A stretch of 64,000 bases of DNA, from IMG/VR virus record IMGVR_UViG_3300005918_000018, one strand, 5' to 3'. The stretch comes from a virus. Taxonomy: Duplodnaviria; Heunggongvirae; Uroviricota; Caudoviricetes. The notes below the pieces were generated by a model. The model searched no databases. It was given only the letters and a program-made list of their open reading frames with translations, and was not told the DNA's origin. A program made the position numbers and the translations under genes. Position 1 is the stretch's first letter. Each line of letters opens with the position of its first letter. This document shows, in pieces, positions 18,466 through 27,295 of this stretch.

Positions 18466-18541
<76 letters not shown>

Positions 18542-18566
18542 TTTTTTTACTTAGGAAAGATTTAGA

Positions 18567-18998
18567 ATGTGTAAACATCCAAATATGTTCCAACAAGCTG
18601 TTATTCTAGCAGTTGCAGCTCATCAAGACCAAGTGGATAAGTCAGGAGTTCCTTATATCCTTCATCCGATGGTAGTGGCCAGCAGATGTGAAACTGAGGA
18701 TGAGAGGGTCGTTGCTGTCCTTCACGATATAGTGGAAGATACTGAGATCACTTCAGAAAGCCTTATGGATCTCTTCCCAGATCGTATCGTTAAAGCTGTA
18801 GATGCTATCACACACCGTAAAGGTGAGCCTTACGATCAGTATATTGAAAGAGTGTTAAAAAACTTTACTGCTACTCAGGTGAAAATTCAGGATGTTGGTC
18901 ATAATATGGAACGTATAGATTTCATTAAGGACCAACAAACTAAAGAACGGTTGATTGGTAAATATAAATATGCTTTGGAAATTTTGATAAAAAAATAA
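18567..18998 (+). CDS. HD-domain (p)ppGpp hydrolase-like (SpoT/Mesh1-type small HD)
   Basis: 'AAHQDQVDKSGVPYILHP...LHDIVEDT' matches the HD motif of the SpoT hydrolase domain. Confidence 0.65.
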   Translation: MCKHPNMFQQAVILAVAAHQDQVDKSGVPYILHPMVVASRCETEDERVVAVLHDIVEDTEITSESLMDLFPDRIVKAVDAITHRKGEPYDQYIERVLKNFTATQVKIQDVGHNMERIDFIKDQQTKERLIGKYKYALEILIKK

Positions 18999-19000
18999 AT

Positions 19001-19075
19001 GCCAGCTTGGCTCAACGGTAGAGCACCTGTTTCGTAATCAGGATGTTGTCGGTTCGATTCCGACAGTTGGCTCCA
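19001..19075 (+). tRNA. tRNA-Thr(CGU)
   Basis: Acceptor GCCAGCT/AGTTGGC. Anticodon loop TTCGTAA. T-arm GTCGG-TTCGATT-CCGAC. CCA encoded. Confidence 0.7.
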
Positions 19076-19103
19076 TTTTTAAGTAGTGTTTGAAGGAGCT
19101 TCA

Positions 19104-19721
19104 ATGAGACAAATTAAGATAACTAACATAGAATACATCAAAGCTCTGTTCGAGGGTACTGAGGAAATAGTCCAGCGGGCAATCTCTGACAAGGATGTCT
19201 TAAACGGTGATTCTGAAACTCCTTGGTGGTTAATTTGTATCACTACCGGAGCCGGTTTCCCCATCGTCACACCTGACAGGATGAAGATGATAGGTTGTGC
19301 CGGTATCTTATGTGTGGCTTTTGATGATGTCCTCCCAACTCGTGCCTTATGGGAAGACTCAGTTTTACCTGAAGATGATGGTGAGTTACAATGGCATGAA
19401 ACGATTGCATACACCTACAGGATGCCCAGTAAATACCATATGCCTGAGATCCTTAAAATACTGTCCAAGGTTGGAGAAAACGAACGATTGATTGTCAACT
19501 GTGAAGCTGGTGTCAGCCGTTCGGCTGCTGTTGCTTATTTTGCTGCTATCCGCTGGGGCTTGGTTCCAGATGAAATCTTCGATAGACGTAGATACAAACC
19601 AAATAACTTAGTGAGTGCCCTGCTTCGTGCTGCCGTTGGAGCAGTTCCTTTTGAAGAAAGCTGGGAGAAGTTGGTGAAGAATCCACGACAAGATGATCCG
19701 TGGGGAGACGAAACAAGATGA
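19104..19721 (+). CDS. dual-specificity / protein-tyrosine phosphatase (CX5R)
   Basis: 'VNCEAGVSRSAAV' is the HCxxGxxRS catalytic loop. GAAGGAG RBS before the ATG at 19104 (the listed ORF starts at GTG 19086). Confidence 0.6.
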   Translation: MRQIKITNIEYIKALFEGTEEIVQRAISDKDVLNGDSETPWWLICITTGAGFPIVTPDRMKMIGCAGILCVAFDDVLPTRALWEDSVLPEDDGELQWHETIAYTYRMPSKYHMPEILKILSKVGENERLIVNCEAGVSRSAAVAYFAAIRWGLVPDEIFDRRRYKPNNLVSALLRAAVGAVPFEESWEKLVKNPRQDDPWGDETR

Positions 19722-19975
19722 TGACTCTCAAGTTTAAAATAAAAATCCTGATAATTTTTACTTTAATGTTATTATTATATTTAGGGTTGCTGGCTGGTTT
19801 AGGTTGGGCGGGTTGGGAACTATACTTTAACCTTTTAGACTATGAACATGGAAATTTTTTTACTATTGTGTTAGGGGTTACATTCGGAGTCCAGATGTGT
19901 TTTAGTTTACGTTTTCTATTCCAAAAATTTAAAGAAGATATTGAATACTCTATGCATTACTTTAGGAAATGGTGA
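19718..19975 (+). CDS. small membrane protein
   Basis: 'MMTLKFKIKILIIFTLMLLLYLGLLAGLGWAGW' gives 2 TM helices. ATGA overlap with the upstream stop. Confidence 0.45.
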   Translation: MMTLKFKIKILIIFTLMLLLYLGLLAGLGWAGWELYFNLLDYEHGNFFTIVLGVTFGVQMCFSLRFLFQKFKEDIEYSMHYFRKW

Positions 19976-19981
19976 AACAAA

Positions 19982-20494
19982 ATGAAAAGAGCCATCTACG
20001 CAGGTTCCTTTGACCCTATTACTAAAGGTCACATAGATATCATTCAAAGGGCTATGAAACTGTTCGACCAACTCATTGTCGTAGTTGCCCAGAACTCAGC
20101 CAAGAAAACAATGTTTAATGTGGATAAAAGAATAAGAATGATTAGAAAAGCAGTTTTAATGGACTGCTTAAAAGATGTAGGGGGGATTAAAGTAATGTCT
20201 CTCCCTGAAGGGGAAATGTTGGTTAATTTTGCAGCAAAACATAACGCCTGTGCTATGATTCGTGGTCTCAGGCCGGTTCAGGATTTTCCTGGAGAGTTTT
20301 CTCTGGCCAGTATTAACCGTCGGATAGCACCTTCAATTGAAACGGTTATGTTAATTACCGACCCCTCAGTATCTGAGGTTTCTTCCAGTATGGTAAAAGA
20401 ACTGGTAGCTTTAGGAGGCCCGTATGAACAATTTGTTCCAGAAAATGTGGCAACGGATTTACGGGTTTGGAAAGAATCCCAAGATGTCAAGTAA
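19982..20494 (+). CDS. coaD: phosphopantetheine adenylyltransferase
   Basis: 'AIYAGSFDPITKGHIDII' is the (H/T)xGH nucleotidyltransferase motif of PPAT. Length 170 aa is typical. Confidence 0.8.
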   Translation: MKRAIYAGSFDPITKGHIDIIQRAMKLFDQLIVVVAQNSAKKTMFNVDKRIRMIRKAVLMDCLKDVGGIKVMSLPEGEMLVNFAAKHNACAMIRGLRPVQDFPGEFSLASINRRIAPSIETVMLITDPSVSEVSSSMVKELVALGGPYEQFVPENVATDLRVWKESQDVK

Positions 20495-20918
20495 AAGAAA
20501 AACAGCAGAGGTAGTGGAAATTCTTGATTTCTTTGGTGAGGTTACAGATACCCGATGGGTAAGTAAACCTGATGTGATACAGTTCTTTGCAGATCTTGGG
20601 TTTCACAGGGCTCTGGATGCTGAAGGCTACCCTGATAACTGTGACAATCTCTGGCTATTCAAACGAAATAAGAAAGCCTGTTGTGCCATTGGTATCATTG
20701 GGAAACAATATGAGATACACTCTAAGTTCTTACATAATGCTTTCTATGCTGTGAGTTGTACTCGTGATGTGGAGTTTGTGGTATCCTCAGCTTTGACAGC
20801 TTGTTTCCCTCAAGGGATGGTTGATGGTTGTGTATATATGTATTATTCAACAAAGAACCCGCCCAAGGGCTTCAATACTTTGCCTTTGGCTAAGAGTACA
20901 GAGAGGTCTTGTTATTAA
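20484..20918 (+). CDS. hypothetical protein
   Basis: The ORF 20424..20918 probably starts at MSSKRK (20484), overlapping the coaD stop. Confidence 0.4.
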   Translation: MSSKRKTAEVVEILDFFGEVTDTRWVSKPDVIQFFADLGFHRALDAEGYPDNCDNLWLFKRNKKACCAIGIIGKQYEIHSKFLHNAFYAVSCTRDVEFVVSSALTACFPQGMVDGCVYMYYSTKNPPKGFNTLPLAKSTERSCY

Positions 20919-20995
20919 GCGTTCGTAGCTCAGATGGATAGAGTATCAGCCTCCGAAGTTGAGGGTCGAGGGTTCGAGCCCCTCCGGGCGTACCA
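20919..20995 (+). tRNA. tRNA-Arg(CCG)
   Basis: D-arm TAGCTCAGATGGATAGAGT. Anticodon stem TCAGC/GTTGA with loop CTCCGAA. T-arm GAGGG-TTCGAGC-CCCTC. CCA encoded. The acceptor has several G-U pairs. Confidence 0.6.
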
Positions 20996-21017
20996 TTTTA
21001 ACATAAGGAGAAATAAA

Positions 21018-21122
21018 ATGATTGAAAAACTTAAAAACACATTCAAAGAAGACCCATTCCAATTCTGCATGAGAGCTACTATTCTTGGTGCAATCATCAT
21101 TGGGATCATCTTTTACACATGA
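21018..21122 (+). CDS. small membrane protein (unlisted start)
   Basis: 34 aa, MIEKLKNTFKEDPFQFCMRATILGAIIIGIIFYT. AAGGAG RBS. Confidence 0.45.
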   Translation: MIEKLKNTFKEDPFQFCMRATILGAIIIGIIFYT

Positions 21123-21312
21123 GTGGTAGTTGGACAAAATCCGCTGTGGTGATGAGTTTAAACGAGGCTACTGCTGAAGTTATTATCGGTGAGGATATCG
21201 AACCGACAAAATTTGCCTTGTTAGAATTCCCAAAAGAAATCAGACACCTGGTTAAACCCGGGTTTTCATTCAACTGGACATATTGTGAGGGAGTATTTTC
21301 AATTTCTCACTA

Positions 21313-21400
21313 TGGAAGCAATCCGGCTGGATGAGGAGCTTGTTTCGAAAACAAGTAGGCGGGCAACCGTCTGAGGGTTCGAGTCCTTCTGCTTCCGCCA
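21313..21400 (+). tRNA. tRNA-Ser(CGA), type II
   Basis: Acceptor GGAAGCA/TGCTTCC. Anticodon stem CTTGT/ACAAG with loop TTCGAAA. Long variable arm. CCA encoded. Confidence 0.7.
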
Positions 21401-21410
21401 TAAACTAAGA

Positions 21411-21442
21411 AAGCCACCCAAAGATACCTCTGGGTGGCTTTC
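21411..21442. terminator. bidirectional rho-independent terminator hairpin
   Basis: AAGCCACCCAAAGATACCTCTGGGTGGCTTT, between convergent transcription units. Confidence 0.6.
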
Positions 21443-21459
21443 GTGTCTTTAAAGCCTGT

Positions 21460-22473
21460 TTACGGTCGTTTTGATATGATTTTATTGCATCCTATTTCCC
21501 TACTTACTATTTCCCAGACTTGTCCTTCTCTGGCAAACTCGACAGGGACAGTGTTATCTTCATCGTACCATCCTCCAAGATCCACCGCTGCGTGTTCCAT
21601 CTGTTCCAGAGTAGCATCGTCATGGATAGTGTGATGGTGATGAATCACCAAATGTTTGGCTTTACAAGCTATTGCTTGTTCAAAACAGGACTCAGGAGTT
21701 CCGTGGCCGAAAGTTTGGGTTGTGCTGCTAAGTTGTTTCTCAGTGTATTGACCATCCAACAAAATCCAATCCACATTGGCAGCCAGCTTGGAGATCTGGA
21801 TGTTCGGGTGACGTAACGGTTCATTATCCGAACAGTAAGCCATAGACGTTCCCATGTAATCAATACGGTAACCAAGACACCCATCAGGATGATTCAAAGG
21901 GATGGTAGTGATTTTTATATTGTTTTTGCTATGCTGGCTGTAACAAGCAGCAGAAATTTGATTATATACCCCATCGTTTTCGGCAACATTAGGAGAAAGA
22001 TATCTGTAGTAGAATGTTTCAGGGAATTGTCTATCATGACCAGTATAATGTTTCGTAGCTGGCATACATTCATGAGCTACAGGGAAATGAGGGTTAGCCT
22101 GTTGCTGGGACAGCATTTCTTCAACTGCCGAACGAGGCATACCTGTATGTTCATGGCCTGATGGAATAGGTCCGTGGATATGAAATGTATTGGTTCCAAT
22201 GAAGTATGGTACACAGAACGGCAGACCTTGGATATGATCCCAATGAAAGTGACTGATAAGATTGATGAAATGTTCACCGATCACTCCTTTGGCCATCAGA
22301 TCGTTACCAAGGACAGCCACACCAGAGCCATTATCCAGAATGATTCTGAAAGGACCAGCTTCAACATAGTAACAGTTGGTGTTTCCACCATAAGCTAATG
22401 TTGAGAACCCTTTACGGGATGGTGTCGGTAAAGACCCTCTGGGTCCGTAACAAGTAATTTTCATCTTTGACAT
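21460..22473 (-). CDS. MBL-fold metallo-hydrolase
   Basis: 'ISHFHWDHIQG' is the HxHxDH motif. Confidence 0.75.
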   Translation of the reverse strand: MSKMKITCYGPRGSLPTPSRKGFSTLAYGGNTNCYYVEAGPFRIILDNGSGVAVLGNDLMAKGVIGEHFINLISHFHWDHIQGLPFCVPYFIGTNTFHIHGPIPSGHEHTGMPRSAVEEMLSQQQANPHFPVAHECMPATKHYTGHDRQFPETFYYRYLSPNVAENDGVYNQISAACYSQHSKNNIKITTIPLNHPDGCLGYRIDYMGTSMAYCSDNEPLRHPNIQISKLAANVDWILLDGQYTEKQLSSTTQTFGHGTPESCFEQAIACKAKHLVIHHHHTIHDDATLEQMEHAAVDLGGWYDEDNTVPVEFAREGQVWEIVSREIGCNKIISKRP

Positions 22474-22507
22474 AATTTATTTTCTCCATTTCAGAACCAT
22501 TGTGGCT

Positions 22508-22544
22508 CTTACTACAACAACCCACAGGTTGAAGAAACTAAGCC
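22508..22544 (-). promoter_or_regulatory. conserved phage promoter-like motif copy 4
   Basis: ~35-70 nt upstream of the MBL start. Confidence 0.6.
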
Positions 22545-22761
22545 ATAATAAAAAATACCCGCCAAGACCTAAATCTTGACGGGCATCGACACACCATTTG
22601 TAATTAAAATGGTTCGTCAGGGGGACGACACGGGATGTCGAACCTTCCACCACCCTATTTTTGTAGTGCCAGATTATAGGGAAACTGACGCCCTTTGTAA
22701 ATACAACTTGAGATTCAACAGTAAATAATTCATAAACAGACCAACTCCAACTTTTACTCAC

Positions 22762-23068
22762 GCGTTAGGGATACCACTAAAGAAAATGGGGACACTATGA
22801 TAACGGTTTCAACACAGGTTTTTCCAATTAGATCTCTTTGAGTATTAGCCTAATACTCTAAATCTCTAACTTTGATTTACGGTTGACCCGCTCCACGCTT
22901 CTCACTAACGTAGGTGTCCCCACCCACGGCTGTACCTCAGCTTCGGGACGATGTTTTATGGTAGCTAAACCACTTCATTTCATCGGGGTTCCCGCCCGAC
23001 TAGCCGGAGGCTAATCCAGCATGTCTCTAATCAGTCTTTCGACTGTTATTTGTTTGTCAATGAACGTC
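22762..23068 (-). ncRNA. ORF-free structured region between two promoter-motif copies (candidate sRNA/leader)
   Basis: ~310 nt with no ORF on either strand. GC-rich hairpins (e.g. CCTCAGCTTCGGGACG). Immediately downstream of motif copy 5. Confidence 0.3.
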
Positions 23069-23070
23069 TT

Positions 23071-23108
23071 TCTTACTACAACAACCCACGAGAATCCAAA
23101 ACTAAGCC
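23071..23108 (-). promoter_or_regulatory. conserved phage promoter-like motif copy 5
   Basis: TCTTACTACAACAACCCACGAGAATCCAAAACTAAGCC. Confidence 0.6.
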
Positions 23109-23115
23109 ATTTGTT

Positions 23116-24090
23116 TTAGCCCCAGTGTTTTCCGTACTTTAAATCTTTTACTGTATCCCAGTAAACGAACTTCTCAGCTTCTTCTGGGGTGTAGACTTTC
23201 AGGAGCTCTCGTCCGAACGTGGAGACTCCTTTGGCCAATCCAGCTTCATATTGGAAATGCCACCATTCTGCGGAAGTGTAAGTTCCTTTATAGAAACTGC
23301 TTCTGGCTCGGATGGGTTCAAATCCAAAGGCTTTGGCCAAATCTGTGAAACTGAAGAAAACTCCTTTGGTTTCTTTTTCTTTAATCTTGCCTCCTGTCAT
23401 ATAAGTAGATAGTAGACAGTCAGTAGTACGAGTCGGGAGTTTCTGGGATTCAATGAGATGGTCCATCTCCTTCATAGTTTTGTCAGTCCGACACCAAACA
23501 GACCATTGTCGGCCTTCATAAGCCACAATAACGAAAGGGTCTACGTCTGGTGTCTGCATCCCTGTGGGAAGTGCTAAATCAAAAGCACGGCCTGTGTAAT
23601 GGAAACTGGTCTTTGACCGACTGGCATTGCTTCCAGTAGCCAGAGTTCGTTTTCCTCCAGCTGTTGTGAGGATACCACCGAGTTTATGAACTGTATTATA
23701 GAGGTCAATGTAAGCATTGGCTACATCTTCTCTGAGTTGGAGAAGGTTATAACCATCTCGTACCTGAAAGATATCTGCTGGGCATTTAGCCCACTTCATC
23801 ATCACTGGTTCTACAGGCATGTCTTTAGGTGTGTACGTCTCCAACAGAAGATATTGTAAAGCCCGTTCATCATCCAATTTTCTGAGTTCTTGGTCAAATA
23901 CTTTAGCTGTGGTGTTGCCGACGATCCCGTCATCATATAAACCATGGTCATGTTGAAATTTTTCTACAGCTTGCTCAAGCAACGGACCAAAAACCCCGTC
24001 ATTACTGAGTGTGCATCGTTGGCCGTAGAACTGAAGACCTTCTTGAAGTTTCTTAACATCCGGCCCTTTAGAACCTTTTTTTAATAACAT
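23116..24090 (-). CDS. endolysin: peptidoglycan-binding domain + M15 (VanY-like) peptidase
   Basis: N-terminal 'LKKGSKGPDVKKLQEGLQFYG...DGVFGPLLEQAVEKFQ' is a PG_binding_1 domain. 'SFHYTGRAFDL' is the SxHxxGxAxD zinc-peptidase motif. Confidence 0.75.
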   Translation of the reverse strand: MLLKKGSKGPDVKKLQEGLQFYGQRCTLSNDGVFGPLLEQAVEKFQHDHGLYDDGIVGNTTAKVFDQELRKLDDERALQYLLLETYTPKDMPVEPVMMKWAKCPADIFQVRDGYNLLQLREDVANAYIDLYNTVHKLGGILTTAGGKRTLATGSNASRSKTSFHYTGRAFDLALPTGMQTPDVDPFVIVAYEGRQWSVWCRTDKTMKEMDHLIESQKLPTRTTDCLLSTYMTGGKIKEKETKGVFFSFTDLAKAFGFEPIRARSSFYKGTYTSAEWWHFQYEAGLAKGVSTFGRELLKVYTPEEAEKFVYWDTVKDLKYGKHWG

Positions 24091-24914
24091 ATTAATTTCC
24101 TTTAAAAAACAACAGGAGTCAAGAGGTTAGCTAAATCCCCTGACTCCCATCTACTATTAACCCAAAATCATTGGCCAAGGTACGGGTTTGCACCGCATTG
24201 TCACCCGGTTAGAGTGGTTTTTACTGTTGATAACATTACCCAGCATCGAACACATCGAGCGATAAGTTACCCATCCCTGACCTATTCGGAATAAGGCTGT
24301 TTTTTTGTTCCCAGTTCACCCTGCTGGTAGGGTCTGTCCGACGGACAGAACAGGCTGGTTTAGCCCGCGGGAATGGTCATAGACCGTACAGCTTACCACA
24401 GGCTGACATCAGACCGGTTAATAAATTCTTAATAATAACCTGATCCTGGAAAACCGCTCTGCCACCCGGGGGAGGTGGGACTCTAAAGCAATTCTCCAAA
24501 ACCAGGTTATTACTAAGAAAAATAATGTCGGATTTCCGATTCGTCACCGACTATGTTCTTTAGCCTAGATTCCATATCATATCTAGCGTTGTGGAGTAAC
24601 TCCAAAGAACATTATTTATTGATCGTCTATAAAAATAATGTCAAAAGTGGGGTACCAGCCCTCCCAACTCGGCAATTTCAGAATAGCTCTAGGACGACCT
24701 GCTTGGTTAAAACAGTGATGGTCCTATGGTAGTTCTGAAGTACTTTTGTGGTCAAACTTTTGACAAACTGTTCCAAGAATTGGGGATTCTCACCCCGAGT
24801 AGCACACGAAGTCTACCAATGCAGCGGTTAACGCAGTTAATATGGCTATTAAAAGGTTTACCCATACCGCATGACCGTTCGGTATTCGGACCAGATTCCT
24901 GGAAAAATTAAATA
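24091..24914 (-). ncRNA. ~820-nt ORF-free highly structured region downstream of tmRNA (candidate large ncRNA)
   Basis: No ORF >60 aa on the minus strand. Numerous long-range inverted repeats (AATAACCTG/CAGGTTATT; ATGTTCTTTAG/CCAAAGAACAT; GCCACCCGGGGGAGGTGGGAC). I could not find RNase P RNA P4 or CR motifs. Confidence 0.3.
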
Positions 24915-25268
24915 TGGTGGAGCCGGAGGGTATCGAACCCTCGTCCAAAATAAATTCCTTAACAGATACTACATGCTTATTCCGTTACCTTTTTTCCACT
25001 CATGCGGAACGGACAAATCTTCTGAGTGGGTTGTTTAGAGTTTTGGTTCTCGGCTAATATGCCTCTAACGATACATATAATGCCCAGTCTTCCTGTCTCT
25101 GATGCCCTGACCTCGACCCGGAGACCCGATCAAGCAGGACAAGCAGCTTATGCTGCTATTGCTAATTCCGTGTTGGCAATTAAAAGTTTGGTCTATTTTT
25201 ACGTAGCCTAGACTAACTACGACATGCATCCGTCAGCTTCATTACCCTGTCGAATCCAGTTCGGCCCC
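24915..25268 (-). ncRNA. ssrA: tmRNA (ssrA), tag peptide (A)ANTELAIAA
   Basis: The 5' end GGGGCCGAACTGGATTCGACAGGG closely matches the tmRNA 5' consensus GGGGCUGAUUCUGGAUUCGACGGG. The 3' end has a tRNA-like T-arm GAGGGTTCGATACCCTC plus CGGCTCCACCA, which pairs with the 5' GGGGCCG. The internal reading frame GCC AAC ACG GAA TTA GCA ATA GCA GCA TAA (25148-25177) gives a tag ending in AIAA. Confidence 0.8.
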
Positions 25269-25294
25269 ATATTTGATTGTGAAAGATCATCTGT

Positions 25295-25332
25295 TCTTAT
25301 ATCAACAACCCACAATATATGAAAACTAAGCC
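25295..25332 (-). promoter_or_regulatory. conserved phage promoter-like motif copy 6 (upstream of tmRNA)
   Basis: TTCTTATATCAACAACCCACAATATATGAAAACTAAGCC, ~25 nt upstream of the tmRNA 5' end. Confidence 0.6.
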
Positions 25333-25348
25333 AAAAGCAATTAAAAAA

Positions 25349-26581
25349 TTAAAGTAACAACCACATTTGCCTGATTCCAAAGTCCCGTTGCTTCATAATT
25401 TCCGACCTTGTTTGGGTCTCCCCAGATACTACCGACCGAAATAAAGGAGTAAGTAGCTCGTGAGCTATGTCTTTTAAGAATTTCCCTTTAGTGAAAATGT
25501 CCTCTTTCGGGATATAAATATCCATGTTGTTAGTAAGCATATCATATGTCTGCTTGTTGGCCGTAACTTTTATCACAGGAGCTATGGCAGAACCAAGTGG
25601 CGAGCCTATACCTGTGGTGAACATTGCAAGGTGTGCTCCACCAATGAGCATCCCTGTCATACATAAGAGATCCTGACCGGGACCATCCATGAAATAAAGC
25701 CCGGGGTAACTGGGGATTTTTTGAGAGTAAGCCAACACTTTTTGAATCTTTATTAAATCTGAATGTCCCATTTTACGGGAGTTACCCATGGATTTCTCAG
25801 TAAGAGTAGATATCCCACTATCAATGTTTCCCGGAGTAGGTTCACTTTCTTTGATGTATTTATCCAAAGCCTTAGTTACGTTATCATAGAAACCTATCAT
25901 GTTTCTCAGTTTGGTTACTGCTTCTTTTTTAGTTTTCTCATAAAAGTATTGTTCGGCTCCCAATAGCTCACTAGTCTGAGAAAAAATGGCAGACCCGCCT
26001 TGTTGTATCATGAAGTCTGTAAAGTGGCCGACTGCTGGGTTAGAAAACAAACCTGATGTTGGGTCTGAACCGCCATTTAGGATGGCTGCTGTGAGATTAC
26101 TGTAAGTTATCTCTGTTCGTTTTTTATCACGGATATTATTAAGGAGTACTTCTACTTTTTCTATCCCCTGCTCAATACAGGAATTGGTATTACCTGTAGC
26201 TTGGATATTCAAATGATCAAAAGTCACTCCAATGTCTGACATACGTTTAATCATGTTACTGGTTTTGTCCTGATAACCATCACAACAAAACTGGCCACAA
26301 CCTAAACTGACTAAGAGGACAGCTCCCACATTTGGGTGTTTAGCAGCCCCTAAGAGGGTCCTGAAAGCAACAACTTCATCCGAACCAGTATGGCAACACC
26401 CTGCCCCATGATTAATGGCTACACAGTAATTTTCGTTATGGTCTCCAAAGGACTCATCTTTGAAATGTTCAGCAATTTGATTAACGACGTTATTGGCACA
26501 AAAGACAGTAGGGATTATGAGAAGGTGGTTTCGGATACCGAAACTTTTACCTTGTCTGAAATATCCTTTTAAAATAGTCAT
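25349..26581 (-). CDS. UxaA/GarD-family sugar-acid dehydratase, catalytic (C-terminal) subunit
   Basis: 'LLIIPTVFCANNVVNQI' and 'NVGAVLLVSLGCGQ' align with E. coli UxaA 'WILPTVGCVNGIARQI' and 'NAGAVLVIGLGCEN'. Confidence 0.7.
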   Translation of the reverse strand: MTILKGYFRQGKSFGIRNHLLIIPTVFCANNVVNQIAEHFKDESFGDHNENYCVAINHGAGCCHTGSDEVVAFRTLLGAAKHPNVGAVLLVSLGCGQFCCDGYQDKTSNMIKRMSDIGVTFDHLNIQATGNTNSCIEQGIEKVEVLLNNIRDKKRTEITYSNLTAAILNGGSDPTSGLFSNPAVGHFTDFMIQQGGSAIFSQTSELLGAEQYFYEKTKKEAVTKLRNMIGFYDNVTKALDKYIKESEPTPGNIDSGISTLTEKSMGNSRKMGHSDLIKIQKVLAYSQKIPSYPGLYFMDGPGQDLLCMTGMLIGGAHLAMFTTGIGSPLGSAIAPVIKVTANKQTYDMLTNNMDIYIPKEDIFTKGKFLKDIAHELLTPLFRSVVSGETQTRSEIMKQRDFGIRQMWLLL

Positions 26582-26590
26582 GTTTACCAC

Positions 26591-27262
26591 CTACCCTTTC
26601 AAATCGTTCAACCCCAAATCATTATTTAGGAAACGATAAAAATTAAGAATGGTCTTACGTTTTCTTTGCAAGCTTTCGTTTTTTTCTTCTTTTTCCGAAA
26701 TCAGTTTCTTGATATCAACCATATTACCAATTCGGATTGAGGCCCCTTTGGGGATAACTGAACAGGCTCTGCCTAAATGAACGTCCTTGTCAAAGGTGTC
26801 GTTCATTTGTTTCTCAAGGCGTTTGTCCGTTATCTGAATCTCATTGATTCTCAGGCTATGCCCAGGGTTCATATTTTTAAGAGCAGAAGCCATCCCGTTC
26901 TTATTGGTTGCTGTAAAGGGTTCCAGAAGTTTTTTAATTTCTTCATTCTCTAAAACAACATTACAGACATGAACAACGTCTCCCATAACAATATCCTGAG
27001 CAGCATAGCCGATAGGAGCATTGAATTTTATGACGTTACTGCCTTTAGGGATTGATGTGATGGCAACTTTGGTGTTGGAAAAGGTGTTTTTATTAGGAGT
27101 GATAGTGCCGATTTCACCTTTACCTTCCTCAAAGAGAGGGTAAGGGACACCAGCTTCTAAAAATTTCTCAGGTGATTTACAAGAATCACATACGGGAGCT
27201 TCATCCATAATAAGGGCTGTAGCTACATTATCCTCTGCGTTTATTTTGTAAAAAACATTCAT
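26591..27262 (-). CDS. UxaA-family SAF-domain (N-terminal) subunit
   Basis: 'DNVATAL' and 'GSNVIKFNAPIGYAAQDIVMGDVVHVCN' match UxaA 'DNVAVAL' and 'GANVIKYGLPIGYALADIAAGEHVHAHN'. Split-gene arrangement with the downstream catalytic subunit. Confidence 0.7.
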   Translation of the reverse strand: MNVFYKINAEDNVATALIMDEAPVCDSCKSPEKFLEAGVPYPLFEEGKGEIGTITPNKNTFSNTKVAITSIPKGSNVIKFNAPIGYAAQDIVMGDVVHVCNVVLENEEIKKLLEPFTATNKNGMASALKNMNPGHSLRINEIQITDKRLEKQMNDTFDKDVHLGRACSVIPKGASIRIGNMVDIKKLISEKEEKNESLQRKRKTILNFYRFLNNDLGLNDLKG

Positions 27263-27295
27263 GATACCACCTGTTGTTAAAAATGGAGCCGTATG

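Noticed and set aside
20934-21137. Overlapping 62/63-aa ORFs on both strands
   Set aside because: Both overlap tRNA-Arg(CCG). Only the RBS-preceded 34-aa internal ORF (21018..21122) was retained.
22477-22761. 94-aa minus ORF
   Set aside because: Its C-terminal 20 codons run through promoter-motif copy 4 and no RBS is evident. Possibly real but more likely read-through of a non-coding leader. Not annotated as CDS.
24091-24914. RNase P RNA assignment for the 820-nt ORF-free region
   Set aside because: Could not find the conserved P4 strands (GGAAAGUCCGG / ACAGAACCCGGCUUA) or the GGUGAAA/GGUAAGAGCGCACC boxes on either strand. Left as unclassified structured RNA.
25026-25211. 61-aa plus-strand ORF
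   Set aside because: Lies entirely antisense within the tmRNA gene, has no RBS and its sequence is Ala-rich (mirroring the tag-coding region). Artefact.
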